A stretch of DNA of 62,903 nucleotides, the filler included, from Chiloscyllium plagiosum (Eukaryota): the NCBI RefSeq assembly GCF_004010195.1. It is 4 parts of one record of this genome, joined end to end, with 100 filler letters (N's around TTAATTAATTAA, not from the genome) between each part and the next. Parts side by side here need not be neighbours in the genome. Positions count along the whole stretch, not along the records: positions 1 to 26,845 come from NC_057711.1; positions 26,946 to 47,965 come from NC_057711.1; 2 more parts are not named here. One strand, 5' to 3'. Positions within the stretch are counted from its first letter, which is position 1, and each line of letters starts with the position of its first letter. A program made the translations under genes and the position numbers. Under the pieces are notes generated by a model. The model had not been told where the DNA came from. It searched no databases and saw only the letters and a list, made by a program, of their open reading frames with translations. Positions 24,810 through 37,800 of the stretch are shown piece by piece.

Positions 24810-26095
24810 AAAAATGTACTTGAACCTTCTTTACCAATCAACCTGTCATATACAGATCTTTCCGTAACCATATTGGTAGAAGTGACTCCTGCACAGCCCT
24901 TACGGAGACCCAATCTTATCTTGACATTGAGGATACCCTCCATTAATGTCGTGTGGAACAGCAATTATGCTAATTGTGACAGTGTTCAACAGATCTGACA
25001 ACTTAAAATTGGGCATCCCTGCAGTACTGTGGGCCATCAGCAAAACGGTATTCAACCACAATATGTAACCTCAAGCTGGGAGGAAATCAATCTTGATTCA
25101 AAAGAAGAGTGCAGGGGATGTGCCAGGAGCAGCATCAAACATACCCAAAATTGAGGTTTCAGTCTGGGATGAAGCTACAATACAGGACTACTTGTATTCC
25201 AAACAGCAGGCACAGCACACAAACGACAAGGCAAAGTGAACACACAACCCACAGGTCAGATTTAGACTCTGCAATCCTGCTTCATGCAGTGATGAATAGT
25301 GGTAAACAAGCAACTTACAGGAGATGGGCCTCCACAAATAATTTTACTGTTAATGATGGAAGGTCCCAGCAAAATAATGCAAATGACAAGGCTGAAACAT
25401 GTGCTTCTATCTTCAGAGAGAAGTGCTGAATGGATGATCCATCTTGGCCTCTTCCCAAGATGCCAGTCTTCCACCAGTTCAATTGGTGATATCAAGAAAC
25501 AGCTGAATGCACTGAATATTGAAAGACTATGGGCCTTGGGAACATTCAGGCACCAGCAACACCCCTAGTCAAGCCATTCCAGTTCATTTCCAAGACTAGC
25601 ATCTAACTGACATTGTGGAAAATTGCTCAATACATCCTGTGCACAAAAAGCTGGACAAATTCAACATAGCCAATTACTGTCTTACCTGTCTACTCACTGT
25701 CAGCAAATGGATGGAAGGAGCGGTTGACAATGCTCTTAAGTGGCACTTACAAAGGAATAACTTGATTGCTAACTTTCAGTTTAGGCTTTACCAGAGCCAT
25801 TCAGCTCCTTCATTATAACCTTGTTCCAAACATGGACAGAAGAATAAAACTTCAGGTGTGAGGTGAGTGCAACTGCCCTTGAAATCAAGTTGGTGTTTGA
25901 CTACGAATGGCATCAAGAACCACTAGCAAAACTTGAGTCAATGGATTGAACACCTTGAACATTGGCAACTAAGTGTACTATCTCCAAAATACACTGGACC
26001 AACACAAGGCTTCTTCAACAGGATCTTCCTAATGCACAAACTCTATAACCAAGAAGATCAAGAGCAATCGACGCAACCAATGTTTCCTACAAATC
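24810..26095 (+). mobile_element. degenerate fragment of the tRNA-headed CR1-group LINE
   Basis: Collinear with 16700-17800 (VHKKLDKFNIANY, QSHSAP, ALEIK). Confidence 0.7.
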
Positions 26096-26099
26096 AACT

Positions 26100-26370
26100 T
26101 GTGTGAGGATCCTGTCACTTTAAAAAAGATTATTTTATCCTGGGTTTTGTTTTGAGGGAAGCTTGTAAAGACAGAGGTACCGAAATGGCTACTGACTACA
26201 GCCTAAGCAAACAACTTGGAAGGCCTTTTGGTTTTGTTTTTAAAAACTAGTATAATGGAAGCAGATTGAATGGGAGTGGCCAATTCTCACAGACCAGGCT
26301 TTCTATTTTTTTTTAAGCTTTAGCAGCTAGAGGCTGTTTGGCGTCCCAAAAGACTGGGTATTTTGGGACT
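26100..26370 (+). mobile_element. LTR-like fragment related to 3950-4542
   Basis: Starts tgtgtga; resembles the reverse complement of 4380-4542. Confidence 0.35.
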
Positions 26371-26371
26371 G

Positions 26372-26845
26372 GCTGATGGGCATTTCAACTCCACATACCC
26401 GCATTCTCCCCGTAGCCCTTAATTCCTTGTGACATCAAGAATTTATCAATCTCTGCCTTGAAGACATTCAGCGTCCCAGCCTCCACTGCACTCTGCGGCA
26501 ATGAATTCCACAGGCCCACCACTCTCTGGCTGAAGAAATGTCTCCGCATTTCTGTTCTGAATTTACCCCCTCTAATTCTCAGGCTGTGTCCACAGGTCCT
26601 AGTCTCCCCGCCTAACGGAAACAATTTCCTAGCGCCCACCCTTTCCAAGCCATGTATTATCTTGTAAGTTTCTATTAGATCTCCCCTTAATCTTCTAAAC
26701 TCCAATGAATACAATCCCAGGATCCTCAGCCGTTCCTCGTATGTTAGACCTACCATTCCAGGGATCATCCGTGTGAATCTCCACCGGACACGCTCCAGTG
26801 CCAGTATGTCCTTCCTGAGGTGTGGGGACCAAAACTGGACACAGT
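26372..26845 (-). mobile_element. young CR1 LINE ORF2 C-terminus, cut by a contig end
   Basis: Open 127-aa frame TYEERLRILGLYSLEFRRLRGDLIETYK...FFSQRVVGLWNSLP; near-identical to 48066-48300. Confidence 0.92.
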
Positions 26846-26945
26846 NNNNNNNNNNNNNNNNNNNNNNNNNNNNNNNNNNNNNNNNNNNNTTAATTAATTA
26901 ANNNNNNNNNNNNNNNNNNNNNNNNNNNNNNNNNNNNNNNNNNNN
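26846..26945. other. artificial scaffold linker N44-TTAATTAATTAA-N44
   Basis: The identical 100-bp construct occurs three times. Confidence 0.97.
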
Positions 26946-27150
26946 GGGTGAGAGAAGGTGTAAGAAAGAATGGGGAGAGAGAGAGGGTGCAAGAAGGGGA
27001 TAGAGAGATGGAGAGACCAGGAGAGAGGGTGCGGGAGAGAAAGGGGAGAGGGGGGAATGGGAGTGAGAGAGGGGCAAAGAGGGAGAGAGGAAGTGGGGGA
27101 TTGGGGGAGAGATAGAGAGGGAGAGAGAAAGGAAGAGGGGGAAAGGGAGC
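26946..27150 (+). repeat. GA-rich polypurine low-complexity tract
   Basis: Imperfect (GA)n/GGGA runs. Confidence 0.9.
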
Positions 27151-27559
27151 GTTTTGCTCCTGCCAAACTGAGCCAAAACTGCTTCTTTTTTCTTTTCTCA
27201 ATCAACATTCTCTGTGTTGGCTGGTCACCACTGGTCCTCCTTTGACTGATCAATTAAACATCCAAACAGCTACTAGCCCTGAGCATTGCAACCACTGGGT
27301 GTCAATTTGTTTATAGTGTCCTTAGATTAGTAATTAAGTTGTATTACTTTGCAAGCCACTTTCCAACCAAAATCATTTGTCTTTGTTCTCTTTTAAAACA
27401 AGCTGTTCCAAGTTAAATTCTTAATTTCAACTGACAGTTTCAAATCAAAAAATAAGAAAAACTGTAATGGTCTCCACAATATGTTGCCATATGTCAGGTG
27501 ATGGAGAGGACAGAGGGATACTGATTAAAATTTCACTACCTGGAATGTCAACGGTCACA

Positions 27560-28830
27560 TTTGCAGTATTCACCTGCGATAGTTTCTAAGATTATGGTGG
27601 CATATTGCACTTTGTGCACCTTTTCCAACCTAGAAAAGATTGACCCTTAAGCCTGTCAATGAAATAGCTACAGAAATGGATAAGCATCGCCCATCTCCAT
27701 GAAGCTTCCCATCAGAGTGGGACTAACCTAAAGGATGATTGGGAAACTTCAACATTCGATGCCTCCAAGCCAAAACTAAGACCACCTGAACCTCTGTCAT
27801 CAAGCAGCAGTACACAGACAACACCTGCTATTGCACACACTCAGAGGTCAATCTACAAACCATCGTCAATGCATTCCCAAGGCATACAAGAGAACGGGCC
27901 TTAGACTAAATGCCCGGAAAGCAAAGTAAAAACAAAGAACTGCCAATGCTGGAAATCTGAAACAAAAACAGACAGTGCTGGAGAAAAACTGAGTTAATGC
28001 ATTGAATCTAGTGACCCTTCAGAAAATAAGCATGCTCTATCAGCTTGCTCCTGCCACAAACATTGACCCTCGACTGTCAACATCCATAGAAAGATATGGA
28101 TGGATTATTTCCCATACCTTGGGGGCCTTCTCTCAGCACAAGCAGACATTGACGATGAAAACCAACATTGACTCCAACGACCCACTGCAGCCTTTGGATG
28201 CATGAGGAACAGTATTCGAAGTCTAAGACCTCAAACTCAGCACCAAACTCATAGTCTATAGAGCAGATCCTCAACCTCCTGTGTGCATCAGAAACATTGT
28301 CCTTGTACAGCAGACACTTCAATTCCCTTAAAAGTGACACCTTTGCAAAATTCTTCAAATGCATTGGCAGGATAGGCGTACCAACATGAGCATTCTCTCC
28401 CAGACCACTATCTCCAGTACCAGGGCATTGGTCATTTACAACCAGCTGTGATGGGTAAATGCATTGCCCACATGCCTGAAACATGACTCCCTAAACAACA
28501 GTTTATTCTGAACTCCATAATGGTGAGTGATTGCTAGGAGAGCAGAGGAAATGCTGCCAAGAACAGCCTACCTAAACTAAAGCAAACTGGAGAAGTATCC
28601 ATGAAGATACCGCCCACTTTGAGCATCACTGAATGGAGCACAAGCAGCAGAAACAGTGCATGGAATCCAAAGCTTCCCACCCATGGACTCATAAAATACC
28701 AACTGTCCCACATGTGGCACAGTCTGTGGCTCTAGTTTTTGACAATTCAGCCACCACTGAATAACACTCAACCTCCCCATGCTTGTTGGTGTAGAAGCAA
28801 ATCATCCTTGATCCTGATGCTGCCAAAAAA
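27560..28830 (+). mobile_element. RTE-clade LINE 3' part, degenerate, with a small Penelope-type insert at about 27928-28025
   Basis: LQAKTKT, SEVNLQTIVNAF, GLRLN, FPYLG and a C-terminal CPTCG..C-like motif. Confidence 0.6.
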
Positions 28831-29637
28831 GAGTTTGTACATATTTATCTATGTATTCATATAAAAGCTATTCTGTGAAACTTAATAGCCCCTTTGAAGT
28901 TAATTTTAAAAAGCATTACCTGAGGAATTGCTTATGTTTGTTTTTATGAGGTGTTGTGAAATGCAGTTGCTTTGGTGAGCACGTTGTCTCAACTTACCCT
29001 GTAAACGCAGCACAACAGATATTGTTTACTAATTTTATGAGATGTAGTAAAATTCAGTTGTCTGGGAGATAGATCTGACTATGTGGCTAAGGGTATTGGC
29101 CTTGGTATTGGCCTTTAGAAATTCATAGCACTCATGAAGTATGTCACAAGACTGAAAATCATGATTTCATTTCAATTTTCTCATCTTCCTTCTAGGTGAA
29201 GCTGATGCAAAATGTCGAGGAGTGTTCATTGACTGGAGGGACTGTCATGGGGGATGGTGGCAGGGAGAAGCCATACTTCAATGATCTGATGGAGCAGGAG
29301 GAATTCACAGGGTGCCTGTTTGGCCTTTCCAGTCCTTTGGATCCTACTGCAGTTTCAAATGTAGGTTTAAGCAAAGTTGTTGTGAAAATCTAATGATGCT
29401 TTCACCATTGAGAGGAGAGTTAATTTGTGACAATGATAGACTCATCAGCTTGCAATATTGATAGTTTGCTCCATTGTCTGAAAAATATGAGGAAGGAATG
29501 GAGATAAGGACATCATGCCAACAGGACATGGTAGATGCAATGGTGGAAGGAAAGGAGTGAATTAAGAATGACATCTGTCACCAAGGTGGATGGTAATCAT
29601 TGTTGTGGTTCTGTTCGCCGAGCTGGGAATTTGTGTT

Positions 29638-29677
29638 GCAGACGTTTCGTCCCCTGTCTAGGTGACATCCTCAGTGC
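29638..29677 (-). ncRNA. minimal hammerhead ribozyme motif (Penelope family B)
   Basis: GCA-CTGAGGA-T-GTCACCT(AGAC)AGGGGAC-GAA-ACGT-C-TGC. Confidence 0.7.
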
Positions 29678-30496
29678 TTGGGAGCCTCCTGTGAAGCGCT
29701 TCTGTGATGTTTCCTCCGGCATTTATAGTGGTTTGAATCTGCCGCTTCCGGTTGTCAGTTCCAGCTGTCCGTTGCAGTGGTCGGTATATTGGGTCCAGGT
29801 CGATGTGCTTATTGATTGAATCTGTGGATGAGTGCCATGCCTCTAGGAATTCCCTGGCTGTTCTCTGTTTGGCTTGTCCTATAATAGTAGTGTTGTCCCA
29901 GTCCTATTCATGTTGCTTGTCATCTGCGTATGTGGCTACTAAGGATAGCTGGTTGTGTCGTTTCGTGACTAGTTTGTGTTCATGGATGCGGATCGTTAGC
30001 TGTCTTCCTGTTTGTCCTATGTAGTGTTTTGTGCAGTCCTTGCATGGGATTTTGTACACTACATTGGTTTTGCTCATGCTGGGTATCGGGTCCTTCGTTC
30101 TGGTGAGTTGTTGTCTGAGAGTGGCTGTTGGTTTGTGTGTTGGCTGTTATGAGTCCTAGTGGTCGCAGTAGTCTGGCTGTCAGTTCGGAAATGCTCTTGA
30201 TGTATGGTAGTGTGGCTAGTCCTTTGGGTTGCGGCATGTTCTCGTTCCGTTGTCTTTCCCTTAGGCATCTGTTGATGAAATTGCGCGGGTATCCGTTTTT
30301 GGCGAATACATTGTATAGGTGTTCTTCTTCCTCTTTTTACGGTTCTGGTGTACTGCAGTGTGTTGTGGTTCTTTTGAATAGTGTCTTGATGCAACTTCTT
30401 TTGTGTGTGTTGGGGTGGTTGCTTTCAAGCGGCAGATTCAAATCACTATAAATGCCGGAGGAAACATCACAGAAGCGCTTCACAGGAGGGTCCCAA

Positions 30497-30536
30497 GCAC
30501 TGAGGATGTCACCTACACAGGGGACGAAACGTCTGC
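30497..30536 (+). ncRNA. minimal hammerhead ribozyme motif (Penelope family B)
   Basis: GCA-CTGAGGA-T-GTCACCT(ACAC)AGGGGAC-GAA-ACGT-C-TGC; stem I GCA/TGC. Confidence 0.7.
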
Positions 30537-31332
30537 AACACAAATTCCCAGCTCGGCGAACAGAACCACAACAATGAGCACCCGAGCTACAAATCTTCTC
30601 ACAAACTTTGAAATGGTAATCATTCATTGATCACTTTAAATGTAATGTGCTTGAGGAGGATGATGCCCTGATTCTACAGCTGCTGCTATGGAAGAAGGAC
30701 GCTTTGAACATTCAGAAAGCAAGGACCCTGCGTTTTAGGAGCAGAAGCCCAAGCTGATCGTATAGAAAATTACGAATTGTCCTTGAGCACATATTTCAAT
30801 CACAGGTCCAAAGTGTTGAGAAATTACACATTAATTCCATCTTGCTTCAACAAACTATAATTGATTTTTGAATGGATGTTACTGAGCATATTAAAAAAAA
30901 AGCTTCTGAGCTAGTATCTGAGTTTGAATGTCAAAACCTGGTAAGCACTGTAGTACATACACCTTCTGACCCCTAGCAGCCCAGTGCAGTATCATCTGCT
31001 GCTGAACATACATCTGACACATAAAATGTCACATCACAGAGAAAAGGGAAACACAGAAGGAATCAGGGTCCCCATCCCTTCCTCTAACACTGGTGTCTCT
31101 ACCTCATAAAAACCTCCCCCATTGCCTTTTGATCAAAAGTGATATTTTCTGTCTCTTAACATATTTCCATTTTGTTCCTTCTAATTTGACCGCACAATGT
31201 GTTCTTTTACTTTTGACCTTGTAATTCATTTTTTTCAATTGTGTTATTTATTTATTGATATTTTTATGCCTTTATTTGCACTGTTGCACCTCATGTTCGT
31301 TCAAAGTTTGCTTAAATTATTTTATTTAAGTA

Positions 31333-33230
31333 CAGTCCGTTCTGCTATAACACGGTGGTTGCATTCTCATGTGACCTTGTGTGATAGAAAATCTTGCAAT
31401 ATAAATAACGGGGCCGAAGGGAGCAACAGCGTTAGAGACGAATCACCAAAAATAATAGTTAACCTAACATAAATAATAGCATTGTAACTACATGTTAAAA
31501 TTATATATTTTAATGAAATAATACAATAAATTTAACACTTTAAGGGGTTTCTGAGTTTGCTGAGTTACAGTATTGTATTAAGACAGGGACTGTAGGTCAT
31601 CATCAGCATCATTTTACTTTAAGGTACAGTTCTGGGTGCAGGGTTACAATGAAAATAAATATTTAGTTCAGAAGTAGATGGCTGTGATTCATTGTCCTCA
31701 GACTGTTTCTTGGGTTTTGGCATAAAAATTGCAACTACTGTCTGTTGCTTTGCCATCTTTCTTCTTTCACAAAGAAGCTGTTCATAGGATGCCAGATAAG
31801 ACTTTATGCCACAAGCTTTGATCCTACTGCATTCTGCAGTGTAGTCATCGTCTTCGAAGAGCTGCAACTGCTTCTAAACTTCCTTCAGGATATAAGAGAA
31901 GTGGAAAGTTCTCGTGGTGCTGCATTGTGGACTTCATCATTTCATCTTGAACTTCAATTTCCCCTGCAGCGACAAGTTGATATAGATCAGTCTCCACTTC
32001 TTCAAATCCAACTTGCTTTGCAAGAGCAACACCATGTTCTTTGATTGCTGGAAGCTCCTCTGACGTTCAACGCCTTTAAAATCATGAAGAAAATCTGGGA
32101 GACGCTTCCACCAAACTGCATGCAAGCAGTTCTTACTGACATCACTCCACGCCTCCACAATGATGTCAGTAGCATTCTTAATGTTAAAGTTCTTCCAAAT
32201 TGAAGAACACTGTCCTGATTATCCTCCTCAGTAGCTGCAATCAGCTTCCTGATTGTGTGCCTTGAATAATAAGCTTTAAACGCTGTTATTGCAGTCTGGC
32301 CCATAGTTTGAATGAGAGAGGTTGTGTTCAGAGGTAGAAATAGCACTTTGCTGTTTTCAGAAAGCTCATCAATGGTGGGAGAATGGCTTGGTGCATTGTC
32401 TAGAATGAGGAGAATCTTGAAATCCAAATCTTTGCTTCTGCAATAATTTCTAAAAACATCCTCAAAAACATCAACAATAATCACAGAATCCCTACAGTGT
32501 GCAAACAGGCCATTGGTCCAACAAGTGCACACCGACACTCCGAAGAGTAACCCACCATAACATTGTCGTACCCTATTGCTTTAGATTTACCCCTGACTAA
32601 TGCACCTACCCTACACATCCTTTAACACTATGGGCAATTTAGTATGGCCAATTCACCAACCTGCACATCTTTGCCTGTCATCCAACCTCTTTTGTTTGAC
32701 CTGAAGTAAATACCTAAAGCAGACTAAAGGTAATTAGGGATGGAATTGCATAATAGAGTCATAGAGTCAGAAAGATGTACAGCACGGAAACAGACCCTTC
32801 CGTCCAACTCGTCCATGCCAACCAGATAGCCCAACCCAATCTATTCCCACCTGCCATCACCTGACCCATATCCCTCCACACCCTTCCTAGTTGTTAACCC
32901 ATGCAGATGCTTTTTAAATGTTACAATTGTACTAGCCTCCACCACTTCCCCTGGCAGCCCATTCCATACACACACCACCCTCTGCGTGAAAACGTTGCCC
33001 CTTTTATATCTTTCCCCTCTCACCCTAAACCTATGCGCTCTAGTTCTGGACTCCCCCATCCCAGGGAAAAGACCTTATCAACCATCCTATAAATGCCCCT
33101 CATGATTTTATAAACCTCTGTAAGATCACCCAACAGGATTTTGTGTTTTTAAAAAACTGTTCCCCAATTCACCAATTGCTTTACAGCTAAATTGTGTTGA
33201 GAAAATGCGTGTTATAGGAGAAATGACCTG
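31333..33230 (-). mobile_element. Tigger/pogo DNA transposon fossil (DDE_1), interrupted by HE1 (about 32484-32675) and CR1 (about 32755-33135)
   Basis: KILLILDNAPSH, VLFLPLNTTSLIQ.M, AFKAYY. Imperfect TIRs ta|cagtccgttctgctataacacg ... cgtgttataggagaaatgacctg. Confidence 0.85.
32755..33135 (-). mobile_element. CR1 LINE 3' end
   Basis: VFTQRVVCVWNGLPGEVVEA and the CR1 tail. Confidence 0.88.
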
Positions 33231-33439
33231 TGTCACTGTTTCTGATGCTAGACAAATACATTTGCAGTAATCTCTGAAGTTCCATTAAAATTTCTATTCA
33301 AATATAAATAATGGCAAATCAATTCAAACTGTTTAAGATATGAAAACCTTTTACTTAAATAGCTGAAGTTTCGAATCTTCAGTAACTATATGAAATGAAC
33401 TAAATGAAATAAAATCATTTAATTGGTTATTTTCAAAAA

Positions 33440-33975
33440 TTTGATTGTTTTTGAGGAGTGAAAAAGCAAAGCAGGGATGTCTTACTTAAAGATGTAAATA
33501 TATTGGAGGCAGTTAGAGAAGCTTTACTAGGCTCATAACTGGAATGGATGGGTTGCGTTATGAGGAAAAGTTGGACAGATCAGGCATGTATCCCCTCAAG
33601 TTTAAAAGAGTAAAAGGTGACTTGGCTGAAAACATAAAATCCTGAGGGGTCTTGATAGTTTAGATGTGGAAAAGATGTGAATAAAGATTCTCTTATAGGA
33701 GAATCTAGAATTAGAGTTCACTACTTAAAAATCAATGGTCATCCATTTAAAACAAAGATCAGGCAAATTTTGTTCTCATGGAAGGTGATGTGTCTTTGAC
33801 TTGCATCCTGAAAAGTTGATGGAAGCAGAGTTCTTGAATATTTTTAAGGAAGAGGCTGATAGATCCTTGTTAATCAAGGGATTGAAAGGTTATCAGACAT
33901 ATGTGGGAACATGGATTTGAAGTTATAATCAGATCAACCATGATCTATTGAATTGAGTAGCAGGTTTCCAAGGAT
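33440..33975 (+). mobile_element. old CR1 LINE 3' part
   Basis: YEEKLDRSG, KRVKGDL, GESRIR remnants and a degenerate tail. Confidence 0.65.
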
Positions 33976-34044
33976 TTATGTAAGAACTTAAATCCTCAAC
34001 TCACGAGGCTTCGAAGGATGCAATCTGTGCAATCACACCACTTC

Positions 34045-34265
34045 ATAGAGTCATAGAGGTGTACAGCGCGGAATCAGACCCTTCGGTCCAACTTGTCCAT
34101 GCCGATCAGATATCCTAACCTTATTCAGTCCCATTTGCCAACACTTGGCCCATAAGCCTCTAAACCCTCCCTATTCATATACCTATCCAGATGCCTTTTA
34201 AATATATTAATTGTACCATCTTCACCACTTCCTCTCGCAGTTCATTCCATACACACACACACCAT
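34045..34265 (-). mobile_element. CR1 LINE 3' end
   Basis: catagagtcatagaggtgtacagc... tail. Confidence 0.85.
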
Positions 34266-34269
34266 CCTC

Positions 34270-35150
34270 TGTTTCTCTGTGACGAGATCAGAGCTGCAGC
34301 CCAGTCAGTAGGTTTAGCCAACATCATTGACTTCCTGCAGGTGCTGGGCTTTACAGATTGTACACACATCATGTTGAGAGCAACATATTATAATGTGGCT
34401 GATGCTGTCAACAGAAAAGGGTTCCATTTCACCAATTTACAAATCATCTCTGATCATTAACACTACGTCATTTTGGGTGGCACGGTGACTCAGTGGTTAG
34501 CACTGCTGCCTCACAGTGCCAGGGACCCGGTTTGGATTCCAGACTCAGATGACTAACTGTGTGGTGTTTGTACATTCTCCCCATGTCTGCATGGGTTTCC
34601 TCTGGGTGCTCTGGTTTCCTCCCACAGTCCAAAGATGTGCAGGTTAGGTGAATTGGCCATGCTAAATTGCCCTTAGTGTTTAGGGATGTGTAGGTGAGGT
34701 GCATTAGTCAGGGGAAACGTAAAGTAATATGGTAGGGGAATGGGTCTGGCTGGATACTCTTCGGAGAGTCAGTGTGGACTTGTTGGGCCGAATGCCTGTT
34801 TCCACACTGTAGGGATTCTATGAAAAATACCTTAGAAGTCTGCATCACGTACCCTGGAAGCTGCCATGATACTAACATTGTTGAGGACCCTAAGTTCCTA
34901 ATTGATTTCAACGGATGGATGCCTTTCAAGGACGGTTACCAGGGAATAAGAGCTACCCTCTTCAACCATGGCAGACTGCATTACACAATCTCCTAACTGA
35001 AACCAAACATAGCCATTCTTCTGCTTGGGTCCTTGTAAAGCAGATGATAGGCTGTGAGATGAAAATCCAAAGATGGGCCTTTTGGTCTGGACAGAGTGTG
35101 CCACATACTCCGAACAAGTTGTGGTCCACAGGAAAATTTATGTTGGAGCA
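34270..35150 (+). pseudogene. PIF/Harbinger (HARBI1-like, DDE_Tnp_4) transposase fossil, split by an HE1 SINE
   Basis: FLQVLGFTDCTHI...VNRKGFHFTNLQIISDH, then YPGSCHD after the SINE. Confidence 0.75.
34475..34822 (+). mobile_element. HE1-type V-SINE, full length
   Basis: gggtggcacggtgactcagtggttagcactgctgcctcacag head, V domain and CR1-like tail. Confidence 0.9.
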
Positions 35151-35834
35151 GGAAAGAAGTGGGTCCGATGGATTCTGAAGGGTGTGTGGCAGCCATCTGA
35201 AGGCACTGAGCAGGAGTATCAGCTCCTTCAACATGATTCTGCATGCAGCATCAAGCACTTAGTAAGCAGGCAGAACTTAATTGACCTTCAGTTCCAATGC
35301 ATGTGAATTGGCTGCAGTGATCACTCATTGACTGTAAATTTTTGCTGCTGAAAAAGCATGTGGTCACTTTCTGTACCCAGAAGCAAATTATGCTTTTGTT
35401 TCTTTACTTTTGCTATGCTTAATATAAATCAAAGCTTTCACTGCTCGAATGCTTTCCAGGATACGATGGTCCCATATTAAACAATGAGAAGAAGTTAGGC
35501 TACATTGGGCGTTGGGACAGTCTACTAACATGACACAATGCTAAGGACAGGTAACCTATGTAGCTTCATCCATAAAAAGGAATACATTTAAGGAATTTGC
35601 ACTTATATTTGTGATGAAGTGCCAGCAGTGTCATCTATGTACCCTGTGAAGTATTTCCTTTAGTACCCTCGCACCATTTGCATGGTGAAGGGCAATACTT
35701 GGCTGGAAGCACTCATCCAGGCAAGTCGAGAGTATTCCATCACATTCGTGATTTGTGCTTTGTAGATAATGAACAGAGTTTGGTGAGTCACTCACAGCAA
35801 GATATCTAGCCTCTGACTTACTCTTTTTGACACA

Positions 35835-36475
35835 GAATCCCTAGAACATGGAAATAGGCCATTCAATACATCAAATTCATACTGATCCTCTGAAGAGCAT
35901 CCCTCCCAGTCCCACACCCCCCATCCTGTCCTTTTAACCCTCCATTTCTCCTGGCTAATCCACCCAGGTGGGCGGCACGGTGGCACAGTGGTTAGCACTG
36001 CTGCCTCACAGCGCCAGAGACCCGGGTTCAATTCCCGCCTCAGGCGACTGACTGTGTGGAGTTTGCACGTTCTCCCCGTGTCTGCGAGGGTTTCCTCCGG
36101 GTGCTCCGGTTTCCTCCCACAGTCCAAAGATGTGCAGGGTCAGGTGAATTGGCCATACTAAATTGCCCGTAGTGTTAGGTAAGGGGTAAATGTAGGGGTA
36201 TGGGTGGGTTTTGCTTCGGCGGGTCGGTGTGGACTTGTTAGGCCGAAGGGCCTGTTTCCACACTGTAATCTAATCTAATCTAATCTAAAACCCAGCCTGC
36301 ACACTATGGGAAATTTTACATGGCCAATCCACCTAACCTGCACATCTTTGGACTATGGGAAGACATGGGAGCACCCAGAGGAAACCCATGAAGACATGGA
36401 GACAGTTACACAAGGGTGGAATTGAACCTGAGTCCCTAGCACTATGGGGCAGCAGTACTGGCCACTGAGCTGCCC
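35835..36475 (-). mobile_element. older HE1-type SINE hosting a younger HE1 copy
   Basis: Halves join across an ACCCAG duplication. Confidence 0.75.
35970..36288 (+). mobile_element. young HE1-type V-SINE with (TAATC)n tail
   Basis: A box TGGCACAGTGG, B box GGTTCAATTCC, CpGs intact. Confidence 0.93.
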
Positions 36476-36586
36476 AGCTGGTCCAGTTCAACATCTAGTC
36501 AGTGGTAAACCCCCAGGATGTTGTTCGTGGGGGATTCAGTGATGACTATTGAATGTGAACAGGAGATGATAAGATTGTCTTTTATA

Positions 36587-37800
36587 GGATCATAGAGATG
36601 TACAACACAGAAACAGACCCTCTGGTCCAACTCGTCCATGCCAACTAGATATCCTAAATTAATCTAGTCCCATTTGCCAGCATTTTGTCCATATCCCTCT
36701 GAACCCTTCCTATTCATATACCCATCCAGGTGCCTTTTAAATGTTGTAATAGTACCAGGCTCCAACTTCCTCTGGGAGCTCATTCCGTACATACACCACC
36801 CTCTGGCTGAAATGGTGCCCCTTAGGTACCTTTTAAATCTTTCAGCTCTCAACTTAAACATATGCCGTCTAATTTTGGACTCCCCCACCCAAGGGAAAAG
36901 ACCTTGTCTATTTAACCTACCCATGCCCTTCATGATTTTATAAACTTTTATAAGGTCACCCTTCAGCCTCTGACACTCAGGAAAAATAGCCTCAGTCTAT
37001 TCAGCCTCTCCAAATAGTTCAAACCCTGGCAACGTCCTTGTAAATCTTTTCTGAACCCTTTCAAGTTTCACAACATCCTTCCAATAGCAAGGAGACCAGA
37101 ATTGCACATAGTACTCCATTAGTGGCCTAACCAATATCCTGTACAGCCACAACATATCCTCCCAACTCCTATACTCAATGTACTGACCAACAAAGGAAAG
37201 CATAACAAATGCTTTCTTCATTTCCTACCTACCTAAGACTCCACTTTCAAGGAACTATGAATCTACACTCCAAGGTCTCTTTGTTCAGCAAAACTCCCTA
37301 GACTCTTATCATTAATTGTATAAGTTCTGCCCTGATTGGCCTTTCTAAACTGCAGCACCTCACATTTATCAAAATAAAATTCCATCTGCCACTCCTTGGC
37401 CCATCTGATCAAAAACCTGTTGTACAGAGGTAACCTTCTTCACTGCCCACCACACCTACAATTTTGGTGTCATCTGCAAATTTACTAACCATACCTCCTA
37501 TGGGGTTTACATCCAAATCATTTATATAAATGATCCTTGTGGCACACTGCTGGTCACAGGCTTCCAATTTGAAAAGCAACCCTCTACCACCACCTTCTGT
37601 CTTCTGCCTTCGAGCCAGTTCTGTACCCAGAATCTGTATCTTCTCCTTCTATTCCATACGACATTGCTAACCAGTCTACCATGAGTAATGTGGTCAAATG
37701 CCTTTCTGAAGTCCATAGGGATCATGATCATCACTCTGCTCTGATCAATCTTTTTTGTTCCTTCTTCAAAAAACTAATCTACTTCGCGAGACACGATTAC
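36587..37800 (-). mobile_element. CR1 LINE, 5'-truncated
   Basis: MDFRKAFDH, VTSSVPQGS, LVRPLMEYYVQFWSP and the CR1 tail. Confidence 0.9.

Larger units (their letters stand above)
29602..30612 (-). mobile_element. Penelope-like element (family B): 3' ORF part plus inverted pLTR; 12-bp TSD
   Basis: SNHPNTHKRSCIKTLF, LPYIKSISELTARLL and GIY-YIG region. About 150-bp inverted repeat (29598-29747 vs 30428-30576). TSD ATGGTAATCATT at 29590-29601 and 30613-30624. Confidence 0.9.

Noticed and set aside
26890..26901. TTAATTAATTAA as a biological palindrome or piggyBac target
   Set aside because: Centred in identical N spacers three times; it is an assembly linker.
32002..32538. Domesticated TIGD/CENP-B-like gene
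   Set aside because: Frameshifted, interrupted by a SINE and CR1, catalytic region altered, and still flanked by TIRs.
34270..35150. HARBI1 host gene
   Set aside because: Stops, frameshifts and a SINE insertion.
35970..36045. tRNA genes
   Set aside because: All A/B-box sequences continue into SINE bodies and tails; no stand-alone cloverleaf was seen.
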